From: an uncultured Gemmatimonadaceae bacterium
GTDB taxonomy: Bacteria; Gemmatimonadota; Gemmatimonadetes; Gemmatimonadales; Gemmatimonadaceae
Direction of reading: 5' to 3'
NCBI GenBank assembly: GCA_963790305.1
Contig: CAWBOC010000005.1
Location: forward strand, 704,001 to 768,000
Length of the DNA: 64,000 nucleotides
Below the pieces are notes generated by a model. The model had not been told where the DNA came from, searched no databases, and saw nothing but the letters and a program-made list of their open reading frames with translations. Of this stretch, positions 1 through 9,535 are shown piece by piece. The first letter of the stretch is position 1. The number at the start of each line of letters is the position of its first letter. The translations under genes and the position numbers were made by a program.

Positions 1-36
1 GACCCCTGACCCCTGACTCCTGACCCCCGACCTCTA
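1..36. repeat. Right arm of heptamer (TGACCCC/TGACTCC) tandem-repeat element, truncated by window edge
   Basis: gacccctgacccctgactcctgacccccgacctcta; includes the TAG stop of the S9 peptidase. Confidence 0.85.
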
Positions 37-2466
37 CGGCAGCGCGGCGCGCTGCCGCTCCTTCACGTACCGATCCAGCCACTCCACCATTTCCCACAGC
101 ACGTGACCCACCGACTCGCGCGCGCGGTAGCCGTGCGCCTCCGAGGGAAGTAAGACGTACCGCACCACCCCGCCATTTCCCTTGATCGCCGCGAACATAC
201 GATCCGACTGCACGGGGAACGTGCCCGAGTTGTTGTCGGCTTCACCGTGAATCATGAGCACCGGCTCGTTGATCCGATGCGCGAAGGTGAAGGGCGACAT
301 CTTCATGTACGTCTCCTGCGCCTTCCAGAAATCGCGCTCCTCGGCCTGAAAGCCGAAGGGCGTCAGCGTGCGGTTGTAGGCGCCGCTGCGCGCGATGCCG
401 GTGCGGAAGAGATCCGAATGCGCGAGGAGGTTCGCGGTCATGAAGGCGCCGTACGAGTGGCCGCCGATGGCGATGCGCTCGCGATCCGCCACGCCACGTC
501 GCACCACTTCGTCGACCGCCGCCTGCGCCCCCGCCACCAGCTGCTCGATATACGAGTCGTTAGGCTCCGCCGTCCCTTCGCCGACGATCGGCATGGCCGG
601 ATCGTCGAGCACGCCGTAGCCCTGCGTCAGCAGGAACAAATGCGACGCGCCCTGCGGTCTCACGAAGCGATACGGTGAGCCGCGCACCTGGGCGGCCGCC
701 GCAGCGGTCTTGAACTCCTGGGGATACGCCCAGAACAGGAATGGGAGCGGACCGCGGGAGCGATCGTATCCTGCCGGCAGGTAGAGCGTGGCGGAGAGGT
801 CCACCCCGTCGGCTCGCTTGTACTTGATCAGCTCGCGGCTGATCCCGGCGAACTGGGGGGCGGGGTCCTTGAACTCGGTGAGCGCCGTGACCCGGTTGGC
901 GCGCAGGTCGCGCAGGAAGTAGTTCGGCGCCTCGGTGACCGACTCACGTCGCGTGATCACCCGGCGCGCGTCGGGGTCGAGCACGGTGACGACGAACTCG
1001 TAATGCGGAGCCTGCGATCGCCAGAGTCGCGTCGTCTTGCCTGTCGCGAGGTCGATGCGATCGAGGAACGGACGATCGCCCTCGGAGGAGGCGCCGTCGC
1101 CAGTGAGATAGGCGAACTTTCCGTCGCGCGTCGTGAGGAGGACGGAGGTACCCAACGGTCCGGGGACGGTGACGAAGGTACCCGGCGCTCCGTACCGGTC
1201 CTCGAAGGAGCGATCGAACAGGAGACGCGGCCCGGTCGACGCGGCGGGAGTGATCGCCGACATGCGCTCACGACGCGTCTTCCACCAGCCCTCGGCCACG
1301 AGCGCGAGTCTCTCGCTCGCCCACACGACGTCGTCAATGCGATACCCAGCCTCGAAGAGCGTGCGCGCCTCCCCGTCGAACGGCGCCGCAAGCATCAGGA
1401 GACGGTCGCGACGGTCCGCGGTACCCGACGGGTCTCCTTTGTCGAGGGCTTCGGTCCAGATGAGCGTCGCTGGAGCATCCTGACGCCAGTTGGGATCGCG
1501 CGGCCCGGGAACCGTCGCGTCGCGCGCGATGGACATCTCCTCGATAAGCGCCCGATCGGTCACTCGCTTCACCATCCGGCCATCGAGATCCCACACCTCG
1601 ATGCGCTGCGGGAAGCGATCGACCGGAACCACGTACGAGAACGGGCGGTGGGATGTCGTCACCAGCAGGTAGCGGGAATCCGGCGACGGCCGCACGGAGA
1701 GATGAATCCCCGCGTCGCCAATGAGGCGCGCCGGGCCATCGGCGGAGACGATTGCAACACGGCTCGTCGCGTAGTGCTCGAAGAGGTTCTCGTCCGCGGG
1801 CGTCGCGAGCAGATCCTGATACGTCCGATTGGGCGCGGCGCGACCGGACGCTTCCTGCACGACCGGTCCCGTGGGCGTTGCCGATCGCGCCGGTTCAGCG
1901 CCGCGCTCAGAGGGAATGACCTTGCACGCCAGACGAGCGTTGTCGATCCAGCGGCAGGGCGGCCCGATCGTCGCGTTCATCGGCGGCGCGTCCACTCGAC
2001 GCGCGGCACCCGTGGCGACGTCGGCGATCCACAGGCTCACCATGCTGTCGGAAGTCACGGTGAATGCGATGCGCTTCGAATCCGCCGACCATTGCGGTAC
2101 GCCGATGCGCGCGCCCTGGGGCGTCTCGATGCGCCGCTCGCGGGGAGCGTTGTTGGCCGATGCGATCGCTCTCAGCCGCAGTCCGGTACCGGTCACTTCT
2201 CGCGACTGGCCGCCCGTCCGCGGGTTAATGCGAATCCCGGCCAGACGAAGCTCGGGCTCCGACAGCTCGGCGATCGAGGGGAGCGACGCACGCTCCGCCA
2301 GGAGTAGCCAGGCGCGATCGGGACTCACGAAAACCGCCGGCGTTTGCGGCGCGTCGAGGATGTTGGCGATGGGCGACGGCGGCTGACGATACCCTTGCTG
2401 CGCCGCCACGAGTGACGGCAGTGCGCTAATGAGGAGACCGACGGTAAGGCGCATCGAGCGAGTCAT
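34..2466 (-). CDS. S9 family (prolyl oligopeptidase-like) secreted peptidase
   Basis: Signal peptide, beta-propeller-like N-terminus, GGHSYGA nucleophile motif, HGEADNN and EAHGY catalytic segments. Confidence 0.9.
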   Translation of the reverse strand: MTRSMRLTVGLLISALPSLVAAQQGYRQPPSPIANILDAPQTPAVFVSPDRAWLLLAERASLPSIAELSEPELRLAGIRINPRTGGQSREVTGTGLRLRAIASANNAPRERRIETPQGARIGVPQWSADSKRIAFTVTSDSMVSLWIADVATGAARRVDAPPMNATIGPPCRWIDNARLACKVIPSERGAEPARSATPTGPVVQEASGRAAPNRTYQDLLATPADENLFEHYATSRVAIVSADGPARLIGDAGIHLSVRPSPDSRYLLVTTSHRPFSYVVPVDRFPQRIEVWDLDGRMVKRVTDRALIEEMSIARDATVPGPRDPNWRQDAPATLIWTEALDKGDPSGTADRRDRLLMLAAPFDGEARTLFEAGYRIDDVVWASERLALVAEGWWKTRRERMSAITPAASTGPRLLFDRSFEDRYGAPGTFVTVPGPLGTSVLLTTRDGKFAYLTGDGASSEGDRPFLDRIDLATGKTTRLWRSQAPHYEFVVTVLDPDARRVITRRESVTEAPNYFLRDLRANRVTALTEFKDPAPQFAGISRELIKYKRADGVDLSATLYLPAGYDRSRGPLPFLFWAYPQEFKTAAAAAQVRGSPYRFVRPQGASHLFLLTQGYGVLDDPAMPIVGEGTAEPNDSYIEQLVAGAQAAVDEVVRRGVADRERIAIGGHSYGAFMTANLLAHSDLFRTGIARSGAYNRTLTPFGFQAEERDFWKAQETYMKMSPFTFAHRINEPVLMIHGEADNNSGTFPVQSDRMFAAIKGNGGVVRYVLLPSEAHGYRARESVGHVLWEMVEWLDRYVKERQRAALP

Positions 2467-2556
2467 GGGGCCTCGCGGTTAGGGACAGACACGGGCGTCC
2501 AATCTACCATGGCTGATTACGCGTCACGAGGTGGCTGTGCTGGGCCTCCCACGGCC

Positions 2557-2756
2557 GGCATCCAGGTTCAAAGTTGGGACGCGGATTCGGCGGATTTAGC
2601 GGATTTGGCGGATCGCTCCTGGTGGCGTGATCTCTCCTCTACAGGAGCAAACAGCGTGTTTTTTTGCCTGCGCGAGGAGAGTTCTCTGCGCCAGGAACGA
2701 TCCGCCTGATCCGCTGAATCCGCGTAATCCGCGTCCCAACTTTGAACCTGGATGCC
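2557..2756. mobile_element. 200-bp palindromic MITE/REPIN-like element (GxxExxY-associated family, gene-less copy 1)
   Basis: Perfect 31-bp terminal inverted repeat GGCATCCAGGTTCAAAGTTGGGACGCGGATT; inner GCGGATnnn nonamer tandems; homologous to 38216-38414 and to the arms around 37761-38184. Confidence 0.8.
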
Positions 2757-2893
2757 AGCCCGTCTTCGAAAGCTGGATGCCAGACCAGCCTGGTTAATGT
2801 GCGGTAAGAGCCGACAAACCCGTCTTGCGGACTGGTGCCCGAAAGGCTTAGACAAGGGGCCAGGCGTCCACCTCTCTCACTCCGTACTGGTTT

Positions 2894-5800
2894 ATGCGCT
2901 CATTGCTGATCGCCGCCGCCGCGGCCTGCGTCGGGCTGTCCCTCTCTGCTCAGGAACAGAAAAGCGACACCACGAAGAAGGACCTTCCCCTCAAGACCGA
3001 GCGGACCGTCAAGCTCACCACGGACGAAGGGACCTGGCTCTCGCTCGACGTGTCCCCCGACGGACGCACGATCGTGTTCGAGATGGTCGGCGACCTCTAC
3101 ACGCTTCCCATGAGCGGCGGCCAGGCGACGCGCATTACCGAAGGTCCTGCCTTCGACGTGCAGCCGCGCTTCTCGCCCGACGGGAAGCAGATCGCCTTCG
3201 TCAGTGACCGATCGGGGTCGGACAACCTCTGGGTGATGGATGCCGACGGCAAGAACGCCAAGGCGATCAGCAAGGGTGACAAGATCCAGTACGTGTCTCC
3301 GGAGTGGACGCCGGATGGGCGCTTCATCGTCGTCTCGCGCAACGGGGCGCAGTTCGCGCCCATGTACGATCTCTACCTCTACCACAAGGATGGCGGCGCG
3401 GGACTCAAGATGACCGGCGCGACGCCGCCGCCGAGTGGACCACCCAACCCCTTCGCCCCGCCGCCGCCTAACAACTACGTCGGAGCGGCGTTCGGCAAGG
3501 ATGGACGCTTCCTCTACGTCGCCGCGCGGCAGGGCGCGGGTGGCTACAACCAGACGTCGTTTGGGTGGCAGATCGCCGTGTACGATCGCGAGACCGGCCA
3601 GATCTTCGCCCGCACCGACGCGCTTGGCGGCGCCATGCGTCCGGTGGTCAGCCCCGACGGAAAATTGATGGTGTACGGCACGCGCGCGGATAGTGTCACG
3701 TCGCTTCGCCTTCGCGACCTCACGACAGGCGACGAGCGGTGGCTCGTGCAGAACGTGCAACGTGACGACCAGGAGTCACGCTTCACGCGCGATCTGCTCC
3801 CCGGCTCCGCGTTCACCCCCGATGGACAGGCCCTCGTCACCTCGTTCGGCGGCAAGCTCTGGCGCGTCGACGTCGGCTCCGGGAGGACGGTCCAGATTCC
3901 ATTCACCGCCGCCATCGACGTCGGGCTCGGCCCACTCTCGAAATTCGAGTACCAGCTCAACGATTCGACGCTCACCGTACAGCAGGTGCGTGGCGCGCGG
4001 CCGTCTCCCGATGGAAAGCGCCTCGCATTCACGGCACTGGACAAGGTGTGGGTGATGGACCTGCCTCGCGGAACGCCGCGCCGCCTCACGACGACGGGAC
4101 GCGGGATTGGCGAGCATGCGCCGGTCTGGTCGCCCGATGGCCGGTACGTCGCGTACGTCACCTGGACCGATCAGGGCGGGGACGTCATGCGCGTCCGCAC
4201 CGACCGGCGCGCCCAGCCGGAACGCCTCACGACGCAGCAGGCCTTCTACGAGCAGCTCAACTACTCGCCCGACGGGCAGCGGCTTGTCGTTGCCCGGGGA
4301 CCACGGCAGCAACGCGTGGAGCACGAGGAGTTCACGCGCAATCCCTTCTCGGCCGGGATCGAGCTCGTGTGGCTCCCCGCCACCGGCGGCGACGCGCGCG
4401 TCATCACGCCGATGACGTTCTACGGCTACCCGCATTTCACGCGCGACAGCGCGCGCGTCTACCTCTACGATCCGCGTGATGGGCTCGTGTCCATGCGCTT
4501 CGACGGCACCGACCGCAAGGCGCACATCAAGGTGACCGGCAACATGGACGCGCGCCGCAATCCCCCGGTGCCGAATCCGGCAGACGAGATCCTCGTATCG
4601 CCCGATGGTGATCGCGTGCTCGCGCAGGTGGATGGCAATGTTTACGTGCTCTCTGTTCCGGTCATCGGCGGAACGACGCCCGTCGTCAACGTCGCGAATC
4701 TGGCGAACGCCCAGGTGCCGGCACGGCGGCTCACGCGCATTGGCGGTGATTTCGTCGGCTGGTATCGCGACGCGCAACGCGTGCACTACTCGATCGGCCA
4801 CGCGTACTTCACGTTCAACCTTCCGCGCGCCGACTCGTTGCAGCGCGATTCGATCGCCCGCGCCGATTCTCTCAAGCGGGTGGCGGCGGCAGCTCCGCGC
4901 GACTCAGCCCGCGTCGACACGGCGCGCGCCGGCGGTGCTCCGGCGGAGAACATCGCTCGCACGCCAGCGGATTCGGCCAAAGTCGCCCAGGCCGACACGG
5001 CAAAGAAGTCGAAGCCCGCGTACGAGCCGGAGCGCGTGGACGTGCTCATCACTGTGCAGCGCGATCGCCCGAAGGGGAGCGTAGTGCTGCGTGGTGCACG
5101 CGCCATCACCATGAAGGGCGATGAGGTGATCGAGAACGCCGACATCGTCGTAACCGACAATCGCATCGCGGCGGTCGGCGCGCGCGGCAGCGTGCCGGTG
5201 CCAGCGGGCGCGCGGGTGATCGACGTCAACGGCAAGACCATCATGCCGGGATGGGTCGATGTGCATGCCCACATGTGGCCGGGCTTCGGCATCCACCCCA
5301 TCCAGCCGTGGGAGTACTACGCGAATCTCGCGTATGGAGTCACGACGACGCGTGATCCGCAGACGTCGACCACGGACGTCCTCTCGTACGGCGACCTCGT
5401 CGAGACCGGCGAGATGATCGGCCCGCGGGTGTTCTCCACCGGACCGGGCGTCTTTTGGTCGGACGACATCAAGAGCCTCGACGACGCTCGCGATGTGCTC
5501 AAGCGATACACCGAATTCTACGGCATCAAGACGATCAAGCAGTACATGGTGGGCGATCGCAAGGTGCGGCAGTGGGTCATCATGGCCGCCCGCGAGCTCG
5601 GCCTAACGCCGACGCTCGAGGGAGGTCTCGACTTCAAGAAGAACCTGACTGAAGCGATCGATGGCTACGCGGGCATCGAGCATTCACTGCCGATCGCGCC
5701 CCTCTACAATGACGTCGTCACGGTCCTGGCGCAGAGCGGGGTCACGTATACGCCGACGCTCCTCGTCCAGTACGGTGGACCGTGGGCCGAGAACTACTGG

Positions 5801-6328
5801 TATCAGCACCACGATATCCTCAAGGATGCGAAGATTGGCCGTTGGGTCCCGAAGACCGAATTGCTTCGTCGCGGCCTTCGCCGGCAGGGGTGGTGGCACG
5901 AGAGCCAATACTCGTTCAAGCTCCTCGCCGAGCAGACGAAGAAGATCGTCGAAGCGGGCGGGCGCGTCGGGGTCGGCGGTCACGGACAGCTTCAGGGACT
6001 CGGCGTCCACTGGGAGCTGTGGTCGATCGCATCGGGAGGGATGAAGAATCACGACGTGCTCCGCGTCGGCACCGTATTCGGCGCCGAGGCGATCGGATTC
6101 GGCAAGGAGCTCGGCACGCTCGAGGGAGGAAAGCTCGCCGACCTTCAGGTGCTCGACGCCAACCCGCTCGAGAATATCCGTAACACGAATACGATCCGGT
6201 ACGTGATGAAGAATGGGCGGCTCTACGAGGCGGAGACGCTCACCGAGGTCTGGCCACGCCAGCGAGCGATCGACCGACCCTGGTGGTGGGAGCCTGAACG
6301 GCCGCTGGCAGAAGGAGCGACACCCTAG
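2894..6328 (+). CDS. Secreted amidohydrolase with N-terminal TolB/PD40-like beta-propeller repeats
   Basis: Signal peptide, many SPDG repeats, IMPGWVDVHAH metal motif, GKLADL...NPL C-terminal amidohydrolase motif. Confidence 0.9.
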   Translation: MRSLLIAAAAACVGLSLSAQEQKSDTTKKDLPLKTERTVKLTTDEGTWLSLDVSPDGRTIVFEMVGDLYTLPMSGGQATRITEGPAFDVQPRFSPDGKQIAFVSDRSGSDNLWVMDADGKNAKAISKGDKIQYVSPEWTPDGRFIVVSRNGAQFAPMYDLYLYHKDGGAGLKMTGATPPPSGPPNPFAPPPPNNYVGAAFGKDGRFLYVAARQGAGGYNQTSFGWQIAVYDRETGQIFARTDALGGAMRPVVSPDGKLMVYGTRADSVTSLRLRDLTTGDERWLVQNVQRDDQESRFTRDLLPGSAFTPDGQALVTSFGGKLWRVDVGSGRTVQIPFTAAIDVGLGPLSKFEYQLNDSTLTVQQVRGARPSPDGKRLAFTALDKVWVMDLPRGTPRRLTTTGRGIGEHAPVWSPDGRYVAYVTWTDQGGDVMRVRTDRRAQPERLTTQQAFYEQLNYSPDGQRLVVARGPRQQRVEHEEFTRNPFSAGIELVWLPATGGDARVITPMTFYGYPHFTRDSARVYLYDPRDGLVSMRFDGTDRKAHIKVTGNMDARRNPPVPNPADEILVSPDGDRVLAQVDGNVYVLSVPVIGGTTPVVNVANLANAQVPARRLTRIGGDFVGWYRDAQRVHYSIGHAYFTFNLPRADSLQRDSIARADSLKRVAAAAPRDSARVDTARAGGAPAENIARTPADSAKVAQADTAKKSKPAYEPERVDVLITVQRDRPKGSVVLRGARAITMKGDEVIENADIVVTDNRIAAVGARGSVPVPAGARVIDVNGKTIMPGWVDVHAHMWPGFGIHPIQPWEYYANLAYGVTTTRDPQTSTTDVLSYGDLVETGEMIGPRVFSTGPGVFWSDDIKSLDDARDVLKRYTEFYGIKTIKQYMVGDRKVRQWVIMAARELGLTPTLEGGLDFKKNLTEAIDGYAGIEHSLPIAPLYNDVVTVLAQSGVTYTPTLLVQYGGPWAENYWYQHHDILKDAKIGRWVPKTELLRRGLRRQGWWHESQYSFKLLAEQTKKIVEAGGRVGVGGHGQLQGLGVHWELWSIASGGMKNHDVLRVGTVFGAEAIGFGKELGTLEGGKLADLQVLDANPLENIRNTNTIRYVMKNGRLYEAETLTEVWPRQRAIDRPWWWEPERPLAEGATP

Positions 6329-6387
6329 AAACTGCGACTGCGAACGAGGTGCTCAGGGAGCACCTGGTTCGCAGTTCGCAGTTTTCT
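6327..6387. repeat. Hairpin of inverted CTGCGA(A) heptamer units; possible terminator
   Basis: AGAAACTGCGACTGCGAAC-GAGGTGCTC-agg-GAGCACCT-GGTTCGCAGTTCGCAGTTTTCT directly at the stop codon. Confidence 0.8.
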
Positions 6388-6455
6388 GTGACCCCCGGCA
6401 TGCAAAACGGGGTGCTCTCGTTGTATCCTGTGATGGACAACGCTGAGGGGGATTG

Positions 6456-6876
6456 GTGACGCTGGTGCAGCAGGCGGGAGGGATCGTTTGGCGTGCGGCG
6501 GCTGCCGGCGCTGAAGTGCTGGTAGTGAGCGCGAAACACGAGCACGAGCACTGGATCTTTCCCAAGGGAGATGTGGAGGCTGGGGAATCACCAGCCGAGG
6601 CGGCAGAGCGCGAGGTGCGCGAGGAAGCGGGCGTCGACAGCCGCGTGGTGGCGCCGGCGGGCGACCTCGAGTTCGCGCACGAAGGGCGTCATTCTGCGCG
6701 TGACCTATTTCCTGCTCGAGCTCACCAGGCGAGTGGGAGAGGGCGACGGTCGCACGGTGACATGGCGCACGATCGACGACGCGCTGGAAGCGCTGACCTT
6801 CGAGGGCACGCGGAGACTGCTGCGAACGCTGCGTCGAAAGATCGAGACGCAGGCGAGACGGGCGCGAGCGGGATAG
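6456..6876 (+). CDS. NUDIX hydrolase (frameshift near 6685, probably assembly error)
   Basis: Nudix box GDVEAGESPAEAAEREVREEAG; C-terminus continues in another frame (VILRVTYFLLE...). Confidence 0.85.
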
Positions 6877-6878
6877 CT

Positions 6879-7021
6879 GAGGGCAGGGGTCAGGGGGCAG
6901 GGAAGGAAAGGCAAACGGCGGCGCATTCGCGCCGCCGTTAGCTCATTGGATGAGGCGGCTGCGGCGAAGCCGCGCCCGCCCTTTCCACCCCTGACCCCTG
7001 ACTCCTGACTCCTGACCCCTA
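6879..7021. repeat. Inverted heptamer (GGGGTCA/GGAGTCA) palindromic element between convergent genes
   Basis: gggcaggggtcaggggcaggg ... ccctgacccctgactcctgactcctgaccccta with inner stem aacggcggcg/cgccgccgtt. Confidence 0.8.
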
Positions 7022-9355
7022 GAAAAAGACCGCGTGTCCAACGATGCCGCTCGCCCCCGGGTTGCCGGAACTGAATCCGCCGGCACCGGGCGTTCCGATC
7101 TGGAACGTGTTGTTCGGGCCGATCGTGACCGTGCTGGCCGCATTGTGGACGATGCCGATCGAGGGACCGCCGCCACCGCCACCGCCGTGGCCGCCTGCGC
7201 CACCCGTTCCGCCATTGCCGCCGCGGCCGCCCGTTCCGCCGCCACCACACCCACTGCCGCCCAATGCGCCAAGGCCGCCCGGGCCGCCGTTGCCCCCCAT
7301 CCCGCCGGCGCCGCCGGCACCTCCCGCTCCGGTGATGATCGTATTCCGATCGATCACGATCCCGGTAGAGGAGCGCACGAAGATCGCGAACGATCCAGGG
7401 CCGCCCTTCCCACCTTGGCCCAGGTTCCCACCGCCTCCGCTTGCTCCGCCGCCACCGCCCCCACCGCCAGCGCCGGCCGCCGTGCCGCTTCCACCACCAC
7501 CGCCCCCTCCGCCGCTGGCCGGGGTCCCGCTGGTTCCGTCCGTCCCATCGGCAGGGACGTAGCCCGACGCCGACACGGTTCCGATCTGGTCACCGCCCGT
7601 TCCATTCTGCCCCGCGCTGCCATTCGTGCCGTCCTCACCAGCGCCGCCTGCGGGCGTCGCCAGCGTTCCGCCGGTACCGCCCGTTCCGCCCGTTAGGCTC
7701 CCCGCCGCGGTCCCGCTCGTGCCGTTCTCTCCACTGACGCCCTGAGAGCCTCCGTCTCCACCTTCACCGCCGGCAACTCCCAACTGCGACCCCGCCGACG
7801 GCGGGCCTGGCTGGCCGGCAGCGCCACCTGCACCACCCGTCGGCGTTGCGCTGCAGACCGCGGCGGCACCGGTATCCCCCGGACGGCCTTGCACGCCGTT
7901 GGACCCGAACTGGCCACCCGAGCCACCGAGTGCATTACCGGCCGTGATCTCGCTGTTGGTGATGGTGATGTTCTGCATCTGGGTGAGAAAGACCGTGTGC
8001 ACGCTGAGACCGGTCGCGGTCGCCTCGTGAGGCGTCCGGATGCGCATGCCGTCGATGATGACGTTCGATGCGTTGAGCCCGATCACCGTGATCATGTTCT
8101 GGCCGCCGGTGAGCACCACCGGGAATTGCATCGGGTCCCGGAGCCACGTAGCGCTCTGATAGCCACCGTAGATACTCACGCCGGTCTGAAGACCGATGGT
8201 CTCTTCGTACAAGCCATTGGCGACGTAGACATCGGTGCCGCCACCCGCGGCCGTCGCGAGTCCGAGTCCGCGGACGATCGTTCTCACGGGATTGACCCGT
8301 GTTCCCGAATTCATGTCATTGCCCAGCGGGCTCACGAAGATCGCGCGAGTCTTGTCCTCCATCACGAACACATCGGTCACGGACGCCTGGCTCTGCGAGC
8401 CGCCCGGGTCCGTAACGCGAAGCTCGAAGCGAATGGTTGTCACGTCCCCCGGGGCTGTGAACGTCGGTGACGGGCCGGTCAAGAAACCGACGCCACCGGT
8501 GACATCGGGTCCAAAGACCTGCGTCCATCGATACGTGAGCGCTTGACCTTCTGGATCCGTTCCGCTCCCAGTCAGCGTGACCAGCTCGCTGCGATTCACC
8601 TCCTGGCTCGGACCCGCATTCGCGGACGGAGTCGTGTTCACGACCGTCCGGAAGGACCATGTGTAGGTGCCCTCCATTGGATTACCATCGACGTCGACGA
8701 TGCCGGAGAGGACGACGTTGTAAGTGGTGTCCGGATGCAGGAGCGAAGTTGGCCTGAAGGTCACCGAATTGCCGGATCCACCGAATGTGCCCGGGACCAG
8801 TGGCCCGTTGAGTGGCGCAAGCTGGAATGACGTCAGGTTTACCGACGCATGATTCACGGGCTCGTTGAACGTCACCATCAGCACCACGTTTCTCGGCACG
8901 CCCGACGAGCCCGCGCCGGGCACGGTCGTCGTGACTACGGGACCCGCCTCGGCGGTCGTGAACGACCACGTCTGCTCCTGGGCCAGTGCATTTCCGCCGA
9001 GGTCGGCGACGCCGTTCGTCAGTCGCGCGATGTAGGTGGTTCCAAACGCCAGCGGTGCGGCTGGTGTGAACGTCGCCGTCGTCCCGGAGGTCGTGACGGC
9101 TCCAGCGATCGCTGCGCCCCCAGCGGGCGTAACCGTGAAGGTGGTCGTCGTGACCGAGCTGCTGGCGATGGCTTCGGAGAAGGTGGCCGTGACCGTGGTA
9201 TTGCGGGCAACGCCAATGGCGCCGGCGGTCGGTGTGGTGGCGATGACACTCGGGGCCGTACGATCGAAGTCGACGCCTCCGTCGCCGCCGCCGCAGGAGA
9301 TCAGAAGGGGCGCGATCGCTACGAGCACGCCGAGGAGGCGAGTGCGGGCTTTCAT
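7019..9355 (-). CDS. Lipoprotein with two Ig-like (Big_5/SbsA-type) domains, PKD-like domain, beta-helix (DUF1565-like) region and Gly-rich PGRS-like tail
   Basis: LLISC lipobox; repeated TFSE/TFNEP...WSFTT Ig motifs; SANAGPSQEV...LTYRWTQ; IFVSPLGND...NPVRTI; long GGxG runs. Confidence 0.8.
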   Translation of the reverse strand: MKARTRLLGVLVAIAPLLISCGGGDGGVDFDRTAPSVIATTPTAGAIGVARNTTVTATFSEAIASSSVTTTTFTVTPAGGAAIAGAVTTSGTTATFTPAAPLAFGTTYIARLTNGVADLGGNALAQEQTWSFTTAEAGPVVTTTVPGAGSSGVPRNVVLMVTFNEPVNHASVNLTSFQLAPLNGPLVPGTFGGSGNSVTFRPTSLLHPDTTYNVVLSGIVDVDGNPMEGTYTWSFRTVVNTTPSANAGPSQEVNRSELVTLTGSGTDPEGQALTYRWTQVFGPDVTGGVGFLTGPSPTFTAPGDVTTIRFELRVTDPGGSQSQASVTDVFVMEDKTRAIFVSPLGNDMNSGTRVNPVRTIVRGLGLATAAGGGTDVYVANGLYEETIGLQTGVSIYGGYQSATWLRDPMQFPVVLTGGQNMITVIGLNASNVIIDGMRIRTPHEATATGLSVHTVFLTQMQNITITNSEITAGNALGGSGGQFGSNGVQGRPGDTGAAAVCSATPTGGAGGAAGQPGPPSAGSQLGVAGGEGGDGGSQGVSGENGTSGTAAGSLTGGTGGTGGTLATPAGGAGEDGTNGSAGQNGTGGDQIGTVSASGYVPADGTDGTSGTPASGGGGGGGGSGTAAGAGGGGGGGGASGGGGNLGQGGKGGPGSFAIFVRSSTGIVIDRNTIITGAGGAGGAGGMGGNGGPGGLGALGGSGCGGGGTGGRGGNGGTGGAGGHGGGGGGGPSIGIVHNAASTVTIGPNNTFQIGTPGAGGFSSGNPGASGIVGHAVFF

Positions 9356-9362
9356 TCTTGAT

Positions 9363-9400
9363 TGTCAAGGGAATGTCAAGGGGCGGCGAAACAAATGTCT
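9363..9400. promoter_or_regulatory. TGTC(A) direct repeats at 11-bp periodicity, candidate OmpR/PhoB-type box
   Basis: TGTCAAGG at 9363 and 9374, TGTCT at 9396, in a divergent intergenic region. Confidence 0.35.
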
Positions 9401-9535
9401 ACGCGCGGGGTGGCGAATCATAAAATACGGTGCAGCGAAGTCAAACCCGCGTAGTCAGCACTTGTGGGTCGAGCGGAAATGCCGGACAATCCCGGGTTAT
9501 CGTACAGTTCCACGGATTCCTCGCCGGAGAATCGC

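Noticed and set aside
7044..7562. Proline-rich ORF on the + strand
   Set aside because: It is the antisense image of the glycine-rich tract.
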